A stretch of 54,160 bases of DNA from Nemertoderma westbladi (lineage: Eukaryota; Animalia; Xenacoelomorpha): the NCBI GenBank assembly GCA_032718475.1, contig JAUCBJ010003262.1:1-54160 (forward strand), read 5' to 3'. Positions 25,530-36,184 of this stretch are shown here, in pieces; the stretch's first letter is position 1, and every line of letters begins with the position of its first letter. A program made the position numbers and the translations under genes. Below the pieces are notes generated by a model. That model made no database searches. It saw only the letters and a list, made by a program, of their open reading frames with translations, and had not been told where the DNA came from.

Positions 25530-28500
25530 TTACGTTATGGAGTCCCTAGATGTTTGAAGGATTAGGGAGGTGGTCGTGGGAAGAGAATCTTGCCTTCCAC
25601 AGTTTCCGGAGAGTCCTCCATTCCCTTCCGGTAAACACAAACGACCGACTGGGTGATTGAGTCGCTGCATCCTGAATACAATTCCAGGTTTCCTCTTCGT
25701 CCTGGAATAGTGACGATAGAAACATCGCTCAAAGTATATGACGGCGTCACAAAGCCGATTCCAGGAGCTATAGTGGTCCGTCGCTCTCTGCAGGAGAGGT
25801 GAGAGTCCCTGCGAGACGTCTGATGTTCCAGAGCTCCAATCGCTCTCTCTGATCTTCATGAAGGATCCACTCGCGGTGGGGAGGTCCAGATCCACGGCGT
25901 CGTCCCTGGCAATATGTAATACCGACAGATCTATCCCGGGTTCAAATAACTCCGCTCCACCCGTCCGGGTTTTAGGTTTAACTTTCTCCGCTCCCTTGGC
26001 TGGTCTAATCTCAGTCGGAGTAAGATGGGGAGGCCATTCATCCTCCTTACTCAGGAAGTCGGGTTCACCTAACCGGTCTGTAGTATCTGTCAGTTCTTGA
26101 GGAGTTGCTCCTCTGGAAGCGATGTCAGTTGTATTCATCGTCTTGGGGCAATATCTCCATTGATCTACATTGGAGTTAAGATTGTCATTATCTGAGGAGT
26201 ATGGTGTTCCCTCAGTTGGGTCGTCTCCCTCACTAGTATCATCTTCCCATTCACTCACCTGGCAGACGCGATCTTGAAGCAGTCTTTCTCTGAGCGTTCT
26301 ACGGGAAGGTCCAGTAAGGTACCAACCTACTCTAGTTCTTACCGCATAGGTCTGAAGTGGTTGCGGTTGAGTAGGTCGTTTCTCTAATGTCTCCAGCGCC
26401 TCATGCGCGTTTTGACCGATTAATATTTGTACTCCAGGATAATCGGTGTCGAATCTAGGGATGTTAAGTTGTTGGGCATGATCATCTTCGTCCCAATTAT
26501 AAGGTTCCACTTGGGTGGTAGCGAAGTTCTTTATTGCCACCATTTTTACTGACCTTATACTGTATTCTCCTAGTTTATCCTGTGGAGTGGACAACTCACC
26601 TATATAATAGTCGGCAGCTACAGTAGAATTCCAAACCTGCATGATCCCTGACATGTTTAGCTTGGTTCGGAACTTGGGTTGTCCAGCAAAGATGTCCTCG
26701 GCTAGTTCCCTATCGATGAATGTTCCCGTGCTGCCGGAGTCCAGGAGGGCGTTCACTATATAGCTCTTCTGAGGTCCGTGGACCCGTAACTGGACTACAG
26801 GAAATTCTCGGATTCCTATATTGGAAGTTGGCGCTTTCCAAGATGGTTGTTGATCTGAAGTAGTTAGGGTGAGGTCGCTGTCTGTGTCTTTCTCATAGAT
26901 GAGTGCTCGATACACTGCGGTGGTGTTTATTAAGTAACAGGATTCGTTTTCGTCGGAGAACTCGTCCGTATAGAATCCTTCCATCTCAGATTGATCAGTG
27001 TCGTTCACATCACTGAATTGGACATGTAGTTCGGACTCACTTACCTGACTAGGGCTGTTTCGTTCGAATTCCGTGTGCAACAAGATATGATGTTTTGCGC
27101 CGCACTTTGCACACCTTGCGTCGGAGTAACAGGTTCGCCGTTGGTGTCCTCGTCTGAGGCAATTATAACACAACCGCTTATCCCACATGACTTCACGTCT
27201 ATCCTTTAGTGATTTCCTCAGGAATTTATCACACGCATTTAAACGGTGGGGCCCGTCGCATAGCACACATTTCGGCTTGATGTTACTTACTTTAACCTGT
27301 GCTATGTGGTGCACACTTGTTCTTTCCTCGGGCTTTCTCACCTGAATTCTTTTAGGAGACGTAGGAAGGGTTTTTTGTACCGGTTCCCTTCTGTCATTGG
27401 GTCGGGACTCGGATTTACTTACCTGATCTTTAGGCATTTTATTGACATAATAAGATCTGTCAGTGTCTTTCCCGCTGTCCTCTCCTTGAGAAGTTTGGCT
27501 TTCACCGTCGTCGGCATAACATACTGGTGTTACCCTTCTCCTAGAAACGGGTTTCTCACTTACCTTGTTTTCCAATGTCTTCTCTCTGGACTGCCTTAGG
27601 AGCTGTAATTTCACTTCTCTATCTAAGAATGACATGAGATCAGTCATGGTAGGGTCTCGTCGTTGTTGTTCCATCATATATAACACCTTCTTGTCCCAGC
27701 GTGTACCTACTCCACCCTTGGGCAAAGTAGATGCTAAGGCTCCTACAACCATAGAATTCTGGTATTCATGAGACTTACCTAACCAATCTAGTTGTCTACA
27801 GATCTCCTGAATCTCATCGGAAAACTCTATAATCCCGCTGCTAAGAAACTTTTGGGGCGCCATTAATTTCGCATATAAATACCTAGCTATGTTAGTCCTA
27901 TTACCATACCTGATGTTTAGTGTATCCCAAACTTGTCTTAATCCATCTGGATGTCCAATAAATTTTAACGCCATTGACTTGGGAGATCCTTCCAAGCACT
28001 CGATGAGGTATCTAAGTTTTTCTCCATTAGATAGTACAGAGTTCTGTATGTTATCTTTGTAATATTCATTAAAAGGTAACCATTTCATCTCATCTCCATT
28101 GAACTTGACGATCTCTCCCACCTTTACCGCTTGCCGGGCTTCGGTTCTAGCCATTTGACGCGTAAAACTTTCTTGGGCCATCGTGTTATTTAATATCGAA
28201 TTATCGGTATATAAATTTCTCGGATTATGATCAGTTCTATAGGGAATATCATTATCAACAGGTCTATAATTACCCTTAATAGGGTTCACTATAGGAGTTT
28301 CTATTTCGCTAGCAGTATAGATGCGTGTAGGCTCCACACCTTGCGCATGGGATACTTCAGACCTAACGGGTTGACACATTGTTACAGGGGGTGGTGGTAT
28401 ACCCTTTTGAGTATTTACTAATTTATCGCGTTCTAACGCGATACTTTGCTGCACTTCTTGCAACTCTAGCCTACTTTCCCTTACTGTGCCCTTGAATTGC

Positions 28501-29660
28501 TGGACAGTCTCCTGCATCTGCCCGAGCAGGATATCCATCCCCCGCCGTCCCTCGTCCACCCATTCGACCGCCGAAGCGGGAGTCGCCAACGTTGTAGCGG
28601 GTGGACGATGGACAATGGACGACAAATTATGAATATTTCGCTCGGGACCCAGGACCTGAACTGTCTCTGGGGCAGTTCTACGGGGCACAGGTAGCTTAGT
28701 GCTATGCAGAGGGAATTTAGAGGTAACTTCAGGGAGCACAGGGGTGTCTATCACCGAAGGGGTGATTTCGAGAACAGGCCTAATTATTTCAGGCTCATCT
28801 ACTATAGTAGGGAGTCTTTCTATTTTAATTATTTGGTCTGTGGGTTCTGTACTGCCTAAGTTGGTGCTATTTAGTTGCCTTCTAACAGCTGGAGGCAAAT
28901 CAGGCAATTTCTGACGGTGGAATGTTCTTTTACGTCTGCTTAGACGAGATCTATTTCCTTTGCCTTCAGTATCGGTGGTATCGCCTTCCTCAGATGATGT
29001 ATATCCCTGCCTTTTGGGAGTAGATCGATTCATCATCTGCATATTACTAGCTGTTAACTGTTTATTTATGCAGTCTTGATTCTCCTGAATGTTTTCTAAT
29101 TCTAATAGGGTGGTTTCTTCAGTCGCTCTCCGTTCTGCTTCTGCCACTGCCTCTGCCGCCTTTCTTTCAGCTTCGGCCGCTTTTGCTTCTGCCGCTGCCT
29201 CTGCCGCCTTTGCCTCTGCCGCTGCCTCTGCCGCCTTTGCCTCTGCCGCTGCCGCTTTTGCCTCTGCCGCTGCCTCTGCCGCCTTTGCCTCTGCCGCTGC
29301 CTCTGCCGCTGCCGCTTTTCTTTCTGCTTCTGCAGCTACCACTACTGCTTTCTTTCTGTCTTCTATACGTTTTTTCTTTACTTGTTCTTCTTGGACTCGT
29401 GTCAGGCGGAGTTGTTCATCAAATTTAGCCTGATTCGCAGCCCTCATTTCCACATCGATGGCATCCAACACAAGCTTGGTTCCTTCGCTATTAGGGCTAA
29501 GTCCATCTAACCTTCTTCTCAATTCGTCATCACCTAAAAAACGTTGATAGTCCGACAGATAGATGTCAATGGCATCCCTCTTATGCGGTTTCTCTGCTGT
29601 CACTTCACTCTCGGTTGTATCTAGTAGACTGTCTGACAGGTTCTGCTTTGCGTCAGACAT
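25530..29660 (-). CDS. Element 1 Gag-protease polyprotein with deleted RT / most RNase H / integrase (1376 aa)
   Basis: KFNGDEMKWLPF capsid-like region; three knuckles CVLCDGPHRLNAC, CYNCLRRGHQRRTC, CAKCGAKHHILLH; protease ALLDSGS; AVRTRVGW; then directly QWRYCP..N..DIASRG and YSSWNRL; no YxDD or DDE motifs. Confidence 0.93.
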   Translation of the reverse strand: MSDAKQNLSDSLLDTTESEVTAEKPHKRDAIDIYLSDYQRFLGDDELRRRLDGLSPNSEGTKLVLDAIDVEMRAANQAKFDEQLRLTRVQEEQVKKKRIEDRKKAVVVAAEAERKAAAAEAAAEAKAAEAAAEAKAAAAEAKAAEAAAEAKAAEAAAEAKAAEAERKAAEAVAEAERRATEETTLLELENIQENQDCINKQLTASNMQMMNRSTPKRQGYTSSEEGDTTDTEGKGNRSRLSRRKRTFHRQKLPDLPPAVRRQLNSTNLGSTEPTDQIIKIERLPTIVDEPEIIRPVLEITPSVIDTPVLPEVTSKFPLHSTKLPVPRRTAPETVQVLGPERNIHNLSSIVHRPPATTLATPASAVEWVDEGRRGMDILLGQMQETVQQFKGTVRESRLELQEVQQSIALERDKLVNTQKGIPPPPVTMCQPVRSEVSHAQGVEPTRIYTASEIETPIVNPIKGNYRPVDNDIPYRTDHNPRNLYTDNSILNNTMAQESFTRQMARTEARQAVKVGEIVKFNGDEMKWLPFNEYYKDNIQNSVLSNGEKLRYLIECLEGSPKSMALKFIGHPDGLRQVWDTLNIRYGNRTNIARYLYAKLMAPQKFLSSGIIEFSDEIQEICRQLDWLGKSHEYQNSMVVGALASTLPKGGVGTRWDKKVLYMMEQQRRDPTMTDLMSFLDREVKLQLLRQSREKTLENKVSEKPVSRRRVTPVCYADDGESQTSQGEDSGKDTDRSYYVNKMPKDQVSKSESRPNDRREPVQKTLPTSPKRIQVRKPEERTSVHHIAQVKVSNIKPKCVLCDGPHRLNACDKFLRKSLKDRREVMWDKRLCYNCLRRGHQRRTCYSDARCAKCGAKHHILLHTEFERNSPSQVSESELHVQFSDVNDTDQSEMEGFYTDEFSDENESCYLINTTAVYRALIYEKDTDSDLTLTTSDQQPSWKAPTSNIGIREFPVVQLRVHGPQKSYIVNALLDSGSTGTFIDRELAEDIFAGQPKFRTKLNMSGIMQVWNSTVAADYYIGELSTPQDKLGEYSIRSVKMVAIKNFATTQVEPYNWDEDDHAQQLNIPRFDTDYPGVQILIGQNAHEALETLEKRPTQPQPLQTYAVRTRVGWYLTGPSRRTLRERLLQDRVCQVSEWEDDTSEGDDPTEGTPYSSDNDNLNSNVDQWRYCPKTMNTTDIASRGATPQELTDTTDRLGEPDFLSKEDEWPPHLTPTEIRPAKGAEKVKPKTRTGGAELFEPGIDLSVLHIARDDAVDLDLPTASGSFMKIRESDWSSGTSDVSQGLSPLLQRATDHYSSWNRLCDAVIYFERCFYRHYSRTKRKPGIVFRMQRLNHPVGRLCLPEGNGGLSGNCGRQDSLPTTTSLILQTSRDSIT

Positions 29661-30980
29661 GCTTATGTGTACAGTTGAAGGTCTACTGCCGTATTACAGT
29701 CTGAGCAAGTCTAGTAACTCAGTATTAACTGCTAGCCCAGTAATTAATTACCGGTACTGCTACTCAGTGTAGCGTGATATATATAATATATTAGAATACC
29801 GGTATGCTTATAGTATATATAACTATTATTACAGACTAGGTTTATCACCGAATACCGGTATAATTTTAGCACAAATATATATAAATATATAATAGGCCTA
29901 TCGTGGATACCGGTATGCAGTTTACACTTATAGTGTATATATATAAGTATAATTACAGACTAGAATTAATTACAGAATACCGGTATGATTTCAACCTAAA
30001 ATTTATAGAAATAAATATAATAAGCCTATTGTAAATACCGGTATGTCAATTATTTTAGAATAATTGAATTTCTGAACTTTAGGGTTACTTGGTTACTTTA
30101 ACTTACTTTATTACCGTTATTTAAGCAGTAGTCCAACTGATATTGAGACCTAATTGTTATATGGTAGGCCTACTATTTATAAATCGTTAGATTTGATTTA
30201 TAATATATATATACCCGTTTTAATGGGTTTAGTCAATGTTTGAAATAAATGTTATTATTTCTGGGGTAATCACTACACAAAGCGGTACGCTTTCAGTGAA
30301 GTGTTACGTACAGGACACTAAAACAAATGATTCTAATTTACCTAAGTTACTTAATACTACAAATTACGTACAATTCGGGTGAGATTACAATCTCTAAATA
30401 AACACAAAAATTTACAAATACGCAAATACGAATTTCAGGGTAATTTTACAAGAAGTCTACAAACCAGCCTAACAAAGGGTTAGAAAACTGGTTATTACAA
30501 CGGACAGGGTACTACGGTATTTGAAAATAATAAGTAGTAGTAAATACACTGCGTTGTCCAGATAGGAAAATACCACCGCCTGACGACCTATAGCCGTATC
30601 GCTATAGGTTCTACGTTATGTATCACGGAGTGTTCCTACCTAGAAGTTAATAGAGCTAATCGAACGTGCCTATCAACCACTTTACAACACAAATATAATG
30701 CCTACACTAATTACTTTCGGTAAGCACTGTACACTAAACCCTAAATTAGGTACGAGTACTTGTACAACAGATAATCAGTAGTTAAATATACTTGAACAGC
30801 TAAAAGAACCACGGCATCTGCTGGAGTGACCGGTGCACAAAATCACCAGTCTTTACCTACGCCAAGCAGCCCGTGTAGTACCGGGGTTAATTTAACTATA
30901 GCGGTATGTATAACAAACACAATTATTGTAGGAACAAACTTGGGGAATGAATGTTGCGAATAATCGCATAAACTCTGAAT

Positions 30981-31549
30981 AATAAATATTACGCTACGCG
31001 TACAAACTACTCAAACAAAATGCAGACCGAACACTGACAGACTACTATCAAGCCTAAACAAACTACGGTATATGCAGACTCCGAAATAATTAGGTAGTAT
31101 GCGTTCTAACCCAGTAGTACGACTTATTCTTTAGTTGGGGGTTTACCTTACAGCATTCGCTGCCCCTACTTCCTAACCGTTCTTTATCGGACAAGTGATC
31201 TACGCACGCTGCAATCCGTTCAGACCCAATAACAGCCAGACAACTATCCAGCCTACAAATTATCTAAATAAATATTATACGCTACCCGTACAGACTTACA
31301 CAAACAAAGTACAGACTCAACGATGGCAGACTACTCTCAAGCCTAAATAAACTACAGGACATGCAGACTCCGAAATGATTAGGGAGTATGCGTTCTAACC
31401 CAGTAGTACGACTTATTCTTTAGTTGGGGGTTTACCTTACAGCATTCGCTGCCCCTACTTCCTAACCGTACTTAATCGGACAGGTGATCTACACACACTG
31501 CAATCCGTTCGGACCTAACAGCAATCAGACAACAGCTCAGCCTACAAAT
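30981..31549. repeat. ~289-bp tandem duplication in the element 1 leader
   Basis: Identical core 31096-31180 and 31385-31469 with diverged flanks. Confidence 0.9.
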
Positions 31550-31906
31550 CGTCTGTACAATCTGATCAGGTTTACACGCCTTCTGTTCAATACTGGCCTA
31601 CAAATAAATAAAACTGACAGAAATAGGCCTAAGTAAAATCCCAATAAAAACCAGGCGTCCCCGATTAATTATTAAGACCTACCGGCATATATAATCAAAT
31701 CGAATAATACTGCTGTACTTATACGGAAGTACCGGTTAGGACAGTTAGGCCTACGGACCTACAGAAGTACCGGTTCTGGCAGTTGGACCTACGGGCCTAC
31801 GGCAGTACCGGTTCTGGCAGTTGGGCCTACTGACCTACAGATGGACCGTTCAGGTTTACCGGTTGACCGGTACTTTCAACTTTATTGCTTACTGCAATAA
31901 AGAAGC

Positions 31907-31918
31907 TATATCCGTTAT
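31907..31918 (-). promoter_or_regulatory. Element 1 PBS position, non-tRNA (sense ATAACGGATATA), complementary to LTR 32649-32660
   Basis: Flush with the 5' LTR end; no TGG; 12/12 complement inside its own LTR. Confidence 0.8.
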
Positions 31919-33162
31919 TGTTCGCGCTTTCAGACCTTTGGCAGTTTAACCCGCCAAATTATGATGTCTTCTAGATAATAAATCACTTTTAGCCTATGAC
32001 AAGTATTTAATTCACTACACTAGTCGAAACCAATCTGTGCGCGATCATTCACCCGCTGGATATACCCGGGAGATTGGGTTCGACGGCTTAATCTTATTGC
32101 TATGTAAGCCTAATGTATTATTCGACTGACAGTATTATATAATCTCTGACAATATTATTCACCTTCGGGGAATATTAACAGTTCCATTAGGACGTGGCGC
32201 TCTATCTATATAAACAGAGTTATGACTTAAACTACTCACAACGATATGGCTTAGTTACAATTCACATATATGGCGCATTCTTTAGGAAATGCTTCGTTAT
32301 CAGTCTCACTCATACACAATGCTGCACAATACTGCACACAGATCTGCCGATCTTCACTGATTTTAGTCACATATAAAAGGAACACGGACCGAATCATGTA
32401 GGGTCTATCAAATAACATTAGATTCACTTCAAACCACTCAACATAGGTCGCAATCATTTATCTGTAACCTTTCTCTCTTACCTTCGGTATATCAAGAATA
32501 TTGGGTTTTCGGGGTTATTTGTCGTTATTCCAAATATAATAATTCATCAACCATATTATGAAGAACTGACAGTAAATAGCAATATAACAATATAAAAGTA
32601 TGCACAGTGTTACACAGTATGCAGTGTATGCAGTACTGCAGTATGCAGATAACGGATATATGTCCTTATAATTAAGCCTACTAGTGTAGGGCTAAAGCAG
32701 AAAAGCACAAAATACTCCAAAGCCGTTCTTCCTGGCTTAGAATCACCAACAACACTGAAAAGAATAACTATAAGAATACCAGCTACCCTTATTCCACGAA
32801 GCTCCCGTCCAACACAGAGAAAGAGCAGTGAGATAGGAAAATTCAGTTCAGTAGCTCTGTGATAGGTCAAAATCAAAGCCAACTCAAATCCTATTGGCAG
32901 ATACAGAAAGCAGGGCTATGGGGCAACGTGGCAATATCAGCCGTTAGCCGTCGTCATGGTAGCGACACTGTTTTCAAGAGTATCGAGCTTTTACGTCACG
33001 GAATTACGGATTATGTCCTCTAAAGTACAAATACAGAAGAAATAGCTTTTATGTCCGCTAAAACACCAGTACAGCAAGGACACGGCCTTTTTATGCCTGG
33101 TAAACCAACCACAGAGTACTTTACGGGGATAATAACCGGCTAATTACGCAAAAGCTTTTACA
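31919..33162 (-). repeat. Element 1 5' LTR
   Basis: Matches 21270-22513; lies upstream of gag on the minus strand. Confidence 0.97.
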
Positions 33163-33573
33163 AATACGATATTTTTGAGTGTGATATTCGTGATCAGTAT
33201 CCCAGAAAACCCATAATATCTAACCATCAGGTTGATTTGGTGATGACGTTTGATTATCAATTTTGTGCTATTTTTCGTGCCGCGCATTGACACAAATACA
33301 AAAATGCCCTAATCAAAAATGTACGATATATTTCAGTGTTATATTATTGATAAGAATCCCAAAAAAGATATATGGTCATAAATTTGTTCCCTATTTCACC
33401 TCCTTATTTGTAAGGCTACCTGTTCGGTTAAAAACGGTTCTGTTGTGCTGACTGCATGACTGCTGTATTGTTACTTCTGTACTTTCGTTGTTCTGTTTTT
33501 GTATTCTAGTATGTAGTGTGCTTGACTTATATATTTCTAGGTCTTATTTCTGTGTTTAGTGCTGCATTTAATT

Positions 33574-33620
33574 TAGTGCTACTGACGATGACAATGTATT
33601 GATTCGAAACGTTTATACTA
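33574..33620 (+). ncRNA. Degenerate minimal type I hammerhead-like motif (Penelope-type)
   Basis: CTGACGA 33582-33588, weak stem II, GAAAC 33606-33610 with palindromic AACGTT, stem I TAGTG(C)TA / TATACTA. Confidence 0.5.
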
Positions 33621-33684
33621 TGAAACTTAAGATGTATTAGCTGTTTACACTCTTCCTAAAAGGTCTGGTTACTCCCTGGTTATA

Positions 33685-34620
33685 GGGAGTCCTCCAAGGA
33701 GACACACTTTGCGCCATTCTTGTTCATAATTGTTGTTGACTATGTTCTACGCATGTCCTTAGATCCTCATAATGATGATGGGGTGATGGTAACTCCACCT
33801 ACTGGCTCCAGAAGTCGAGGAAATCCTGCCAAGTACCTAACTGATCTAGACTTTGCTGATGACGTAGGAGTACTCTCAGAATCACTAGAGGGAGCCCAAC
33901 GGCTCCTCAGCTCATTAGAACATGCTGCTTCTAGTGTTGGTCTTTTTATTAACTCCAGAAAGACCAAAATTTTGACAGTTAACTTTGAAAGTCCTCAGCA
34001 AATATCTGATCGGATGAGCATAAACTCAATGACGACGGTATGCTTGAGCATGTGGACAACTTCTGTTACCTGGGATCATGGATCCAGAAGTCAGGTGAGG
34101 ACCTTCGAATACGTAAGGGAAAGGCATGGGCAGCATTGAATGGGCTTTCCAGGATTTGAAAGTCACACATTATTCATCGCAAACTTAAGGTCCGATTATT
34201 TAGAGCAGTAGTAGTTCCAGTACTCCTCTATGGGAGTCCATGCTGGGCTCTAACTGCTGAGGACACCAAACCTCTGGATGGCCCATTCACAAAAATTCTA
34301 CGCCGGGTTCACTGTGTCAAGTACAATGCACACATCTCCAACCAGACACTATATAACATTAGGGGTGTTTCATTGGTTCCCCCAAGCTTGACACTAGAAA
34401 AAAGTCGCCTCCGCCCTTTACAGGACATTGCTTTCGCCGTGAGGACCAGCCTGTGCACAACCTTGTGCTTTGGCAGCCCAATGGGGAAAATGAGCATGGT
34501 GGACAGCCAATGACTTTAGTGAGACGCCTCCTAATTGACACTGTCTAGAAGTTGCTAATAATCTCGCGAAAGTCATGGGGGATAAGGAGTTGTGGCGGTG
34601 CAACTTTGTTGATAAGCAGG
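33685..34620 (+). mobile_element. 5'-truncated RTE-like LINE fragment
   Basis: GVLQGDTL, DLDFADDVGVL, INSRKTKIL, frameshifted YLGS region; same family as 13513-14285. Confidence 0.85.
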
Positions 34621-35925
34621 GATAGCATTCTCGCTCAATACACACCCGCTGCATTGGGCTTGCCAATTGTGGATTGCATGGTGATAACAAAACGTTTTTG
34701 TAAAGATGGCATAACATCTAAATGTGAAGGTAGTGTACTCTACATTCGACAAGGTATAGAATACACACTGTAGACTGACTATACCATCGACGGGTGCGAG
34801 TCTTGTGGGTTATACTGAGAACTAACCGTAAACAGTAACTTGGGACCACATAACCTGGGGAGTCTACCGAAATAATAACACACTTAATACTTTCGGTGTC
34901 CAAAAACTAATTGTGCACGAGATCCGAATCACGCCTCACTCTAAAACACTGATTGACCATATTTCTACAAAATTTAGACCTTCTAATAAATATATTTCAG
35001 CCGTCGAGTGTTCTTACTGAATTAATTAAATATAACAAACAAAAATTCCCCTCCGATTTCCAAAAATTCGTTAACTGGTCCAACAACTGGACCCCGTCCT
35101 ACTAATTCCATCCAAATTAAAGTTCAATTTATCGTCTTTTACAATAATATCGAAACGACATGTCAAAAACACTTTCCGAAAAAATAAACAATTTCAATAT
35201 ATATCCTAAAAGCACTACGGGAGTATATTAAAAATAAGAATAGAAAATCAGCAATAAAAATAATAGCAAAAAACTTGGCAAACAATAAATTTGGCTATGC
35301 ATAGTTATAAAAATTTATAGTTTGATAGTTTAAAATTTAACCCTTATTTGTCCCGAAGGGGGGTGGGGGGGGGGGGGGGGTCATTTAAAATAAAAATATA
35401 TTTTTCTAATTCTTCTGTATCTTTGAGTCAGTTTATTGAGAAAACCGATATTTCGTGACTTTCCCTAATATTTAGTGGGCTACCCAACATAGCAAACGCC
35501 ATTTACCTTACATGGCTATGTTAGTGTTGGTGCTGTTGTCCCTTTCTAGCACCCATGTTCAGTATTCTTCGTTCAGAAAATGTCAAAAGATTTTATGGCT
35601 CACTAATATAAATTTATTTGTAGTATAAAGTGGTTTTTAGGATGCTGATCACGACTATAGAACTCAAATAAAACATTGAAGGCAATTTTTGGTAATCTTA
35701 AATGTGCCCCGTGGGGCACGAAAAAAACAAGTAGTTCAAATCGTCACCTTCAAGGCAGAACCCCCTAAGTCGATTTTTGTAGTTCTGAGATAATCGATAA
35801 AAACTGTTTATTTTTTAGAGAGATGCCTCAGTTTACTTGTTATTGTGTTTTTTGATAACTAAATATATGTAGAATTCCTATAACTAAACTTTCAATTTGA
35901 TTTAGAATTACCTTTGAAATATATT

Positions 35926-36094
35926 GCGGTTTTTTTGTAAAATTCTGACTTATGGTGTTTTGCCAAAACAAAGGGGAACACCATTTTCTGGTATTATCCC
36001 GTAACTATACGATAGTTGCGGGGTATTGCCTAGAAAACAAGGTATCCTCAATTTGGCAAAACACCATAAGAACGAATTTTTACAAAAAACACGC
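35926..36094. repeat. Long imperfect palindrome / foldback MITE (~170 bp)
   Basis: CTTATGGTGTTTTGCCAAA / TTTGGCAAAACACCATAAG arms; centre CCCGTAACTAT-ACG-ATAGTTGCGGG. Confidence 0.85.
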
Positions 36095-36184
36095 AAAAAA
36101 TATCAAAAAATAGCCAAGGCGTTAAATTGTTATTAGCTAATACGTGATATCTAACATGTTAACTAGCACATGATCAGGTGTTAG

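Larger units (their letters stand above)
21270..33162 (-). mobile_element. Element 1: BEL/Pao LTR retrotransposon, non-autonomous, recent insertion
   Basis: 1244-bp LTRs with TG...CA ends; 5-bp TSD AATAC (21265-21269, 33163-33167); BEL-type gag-protease. Confidence 0.96.
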
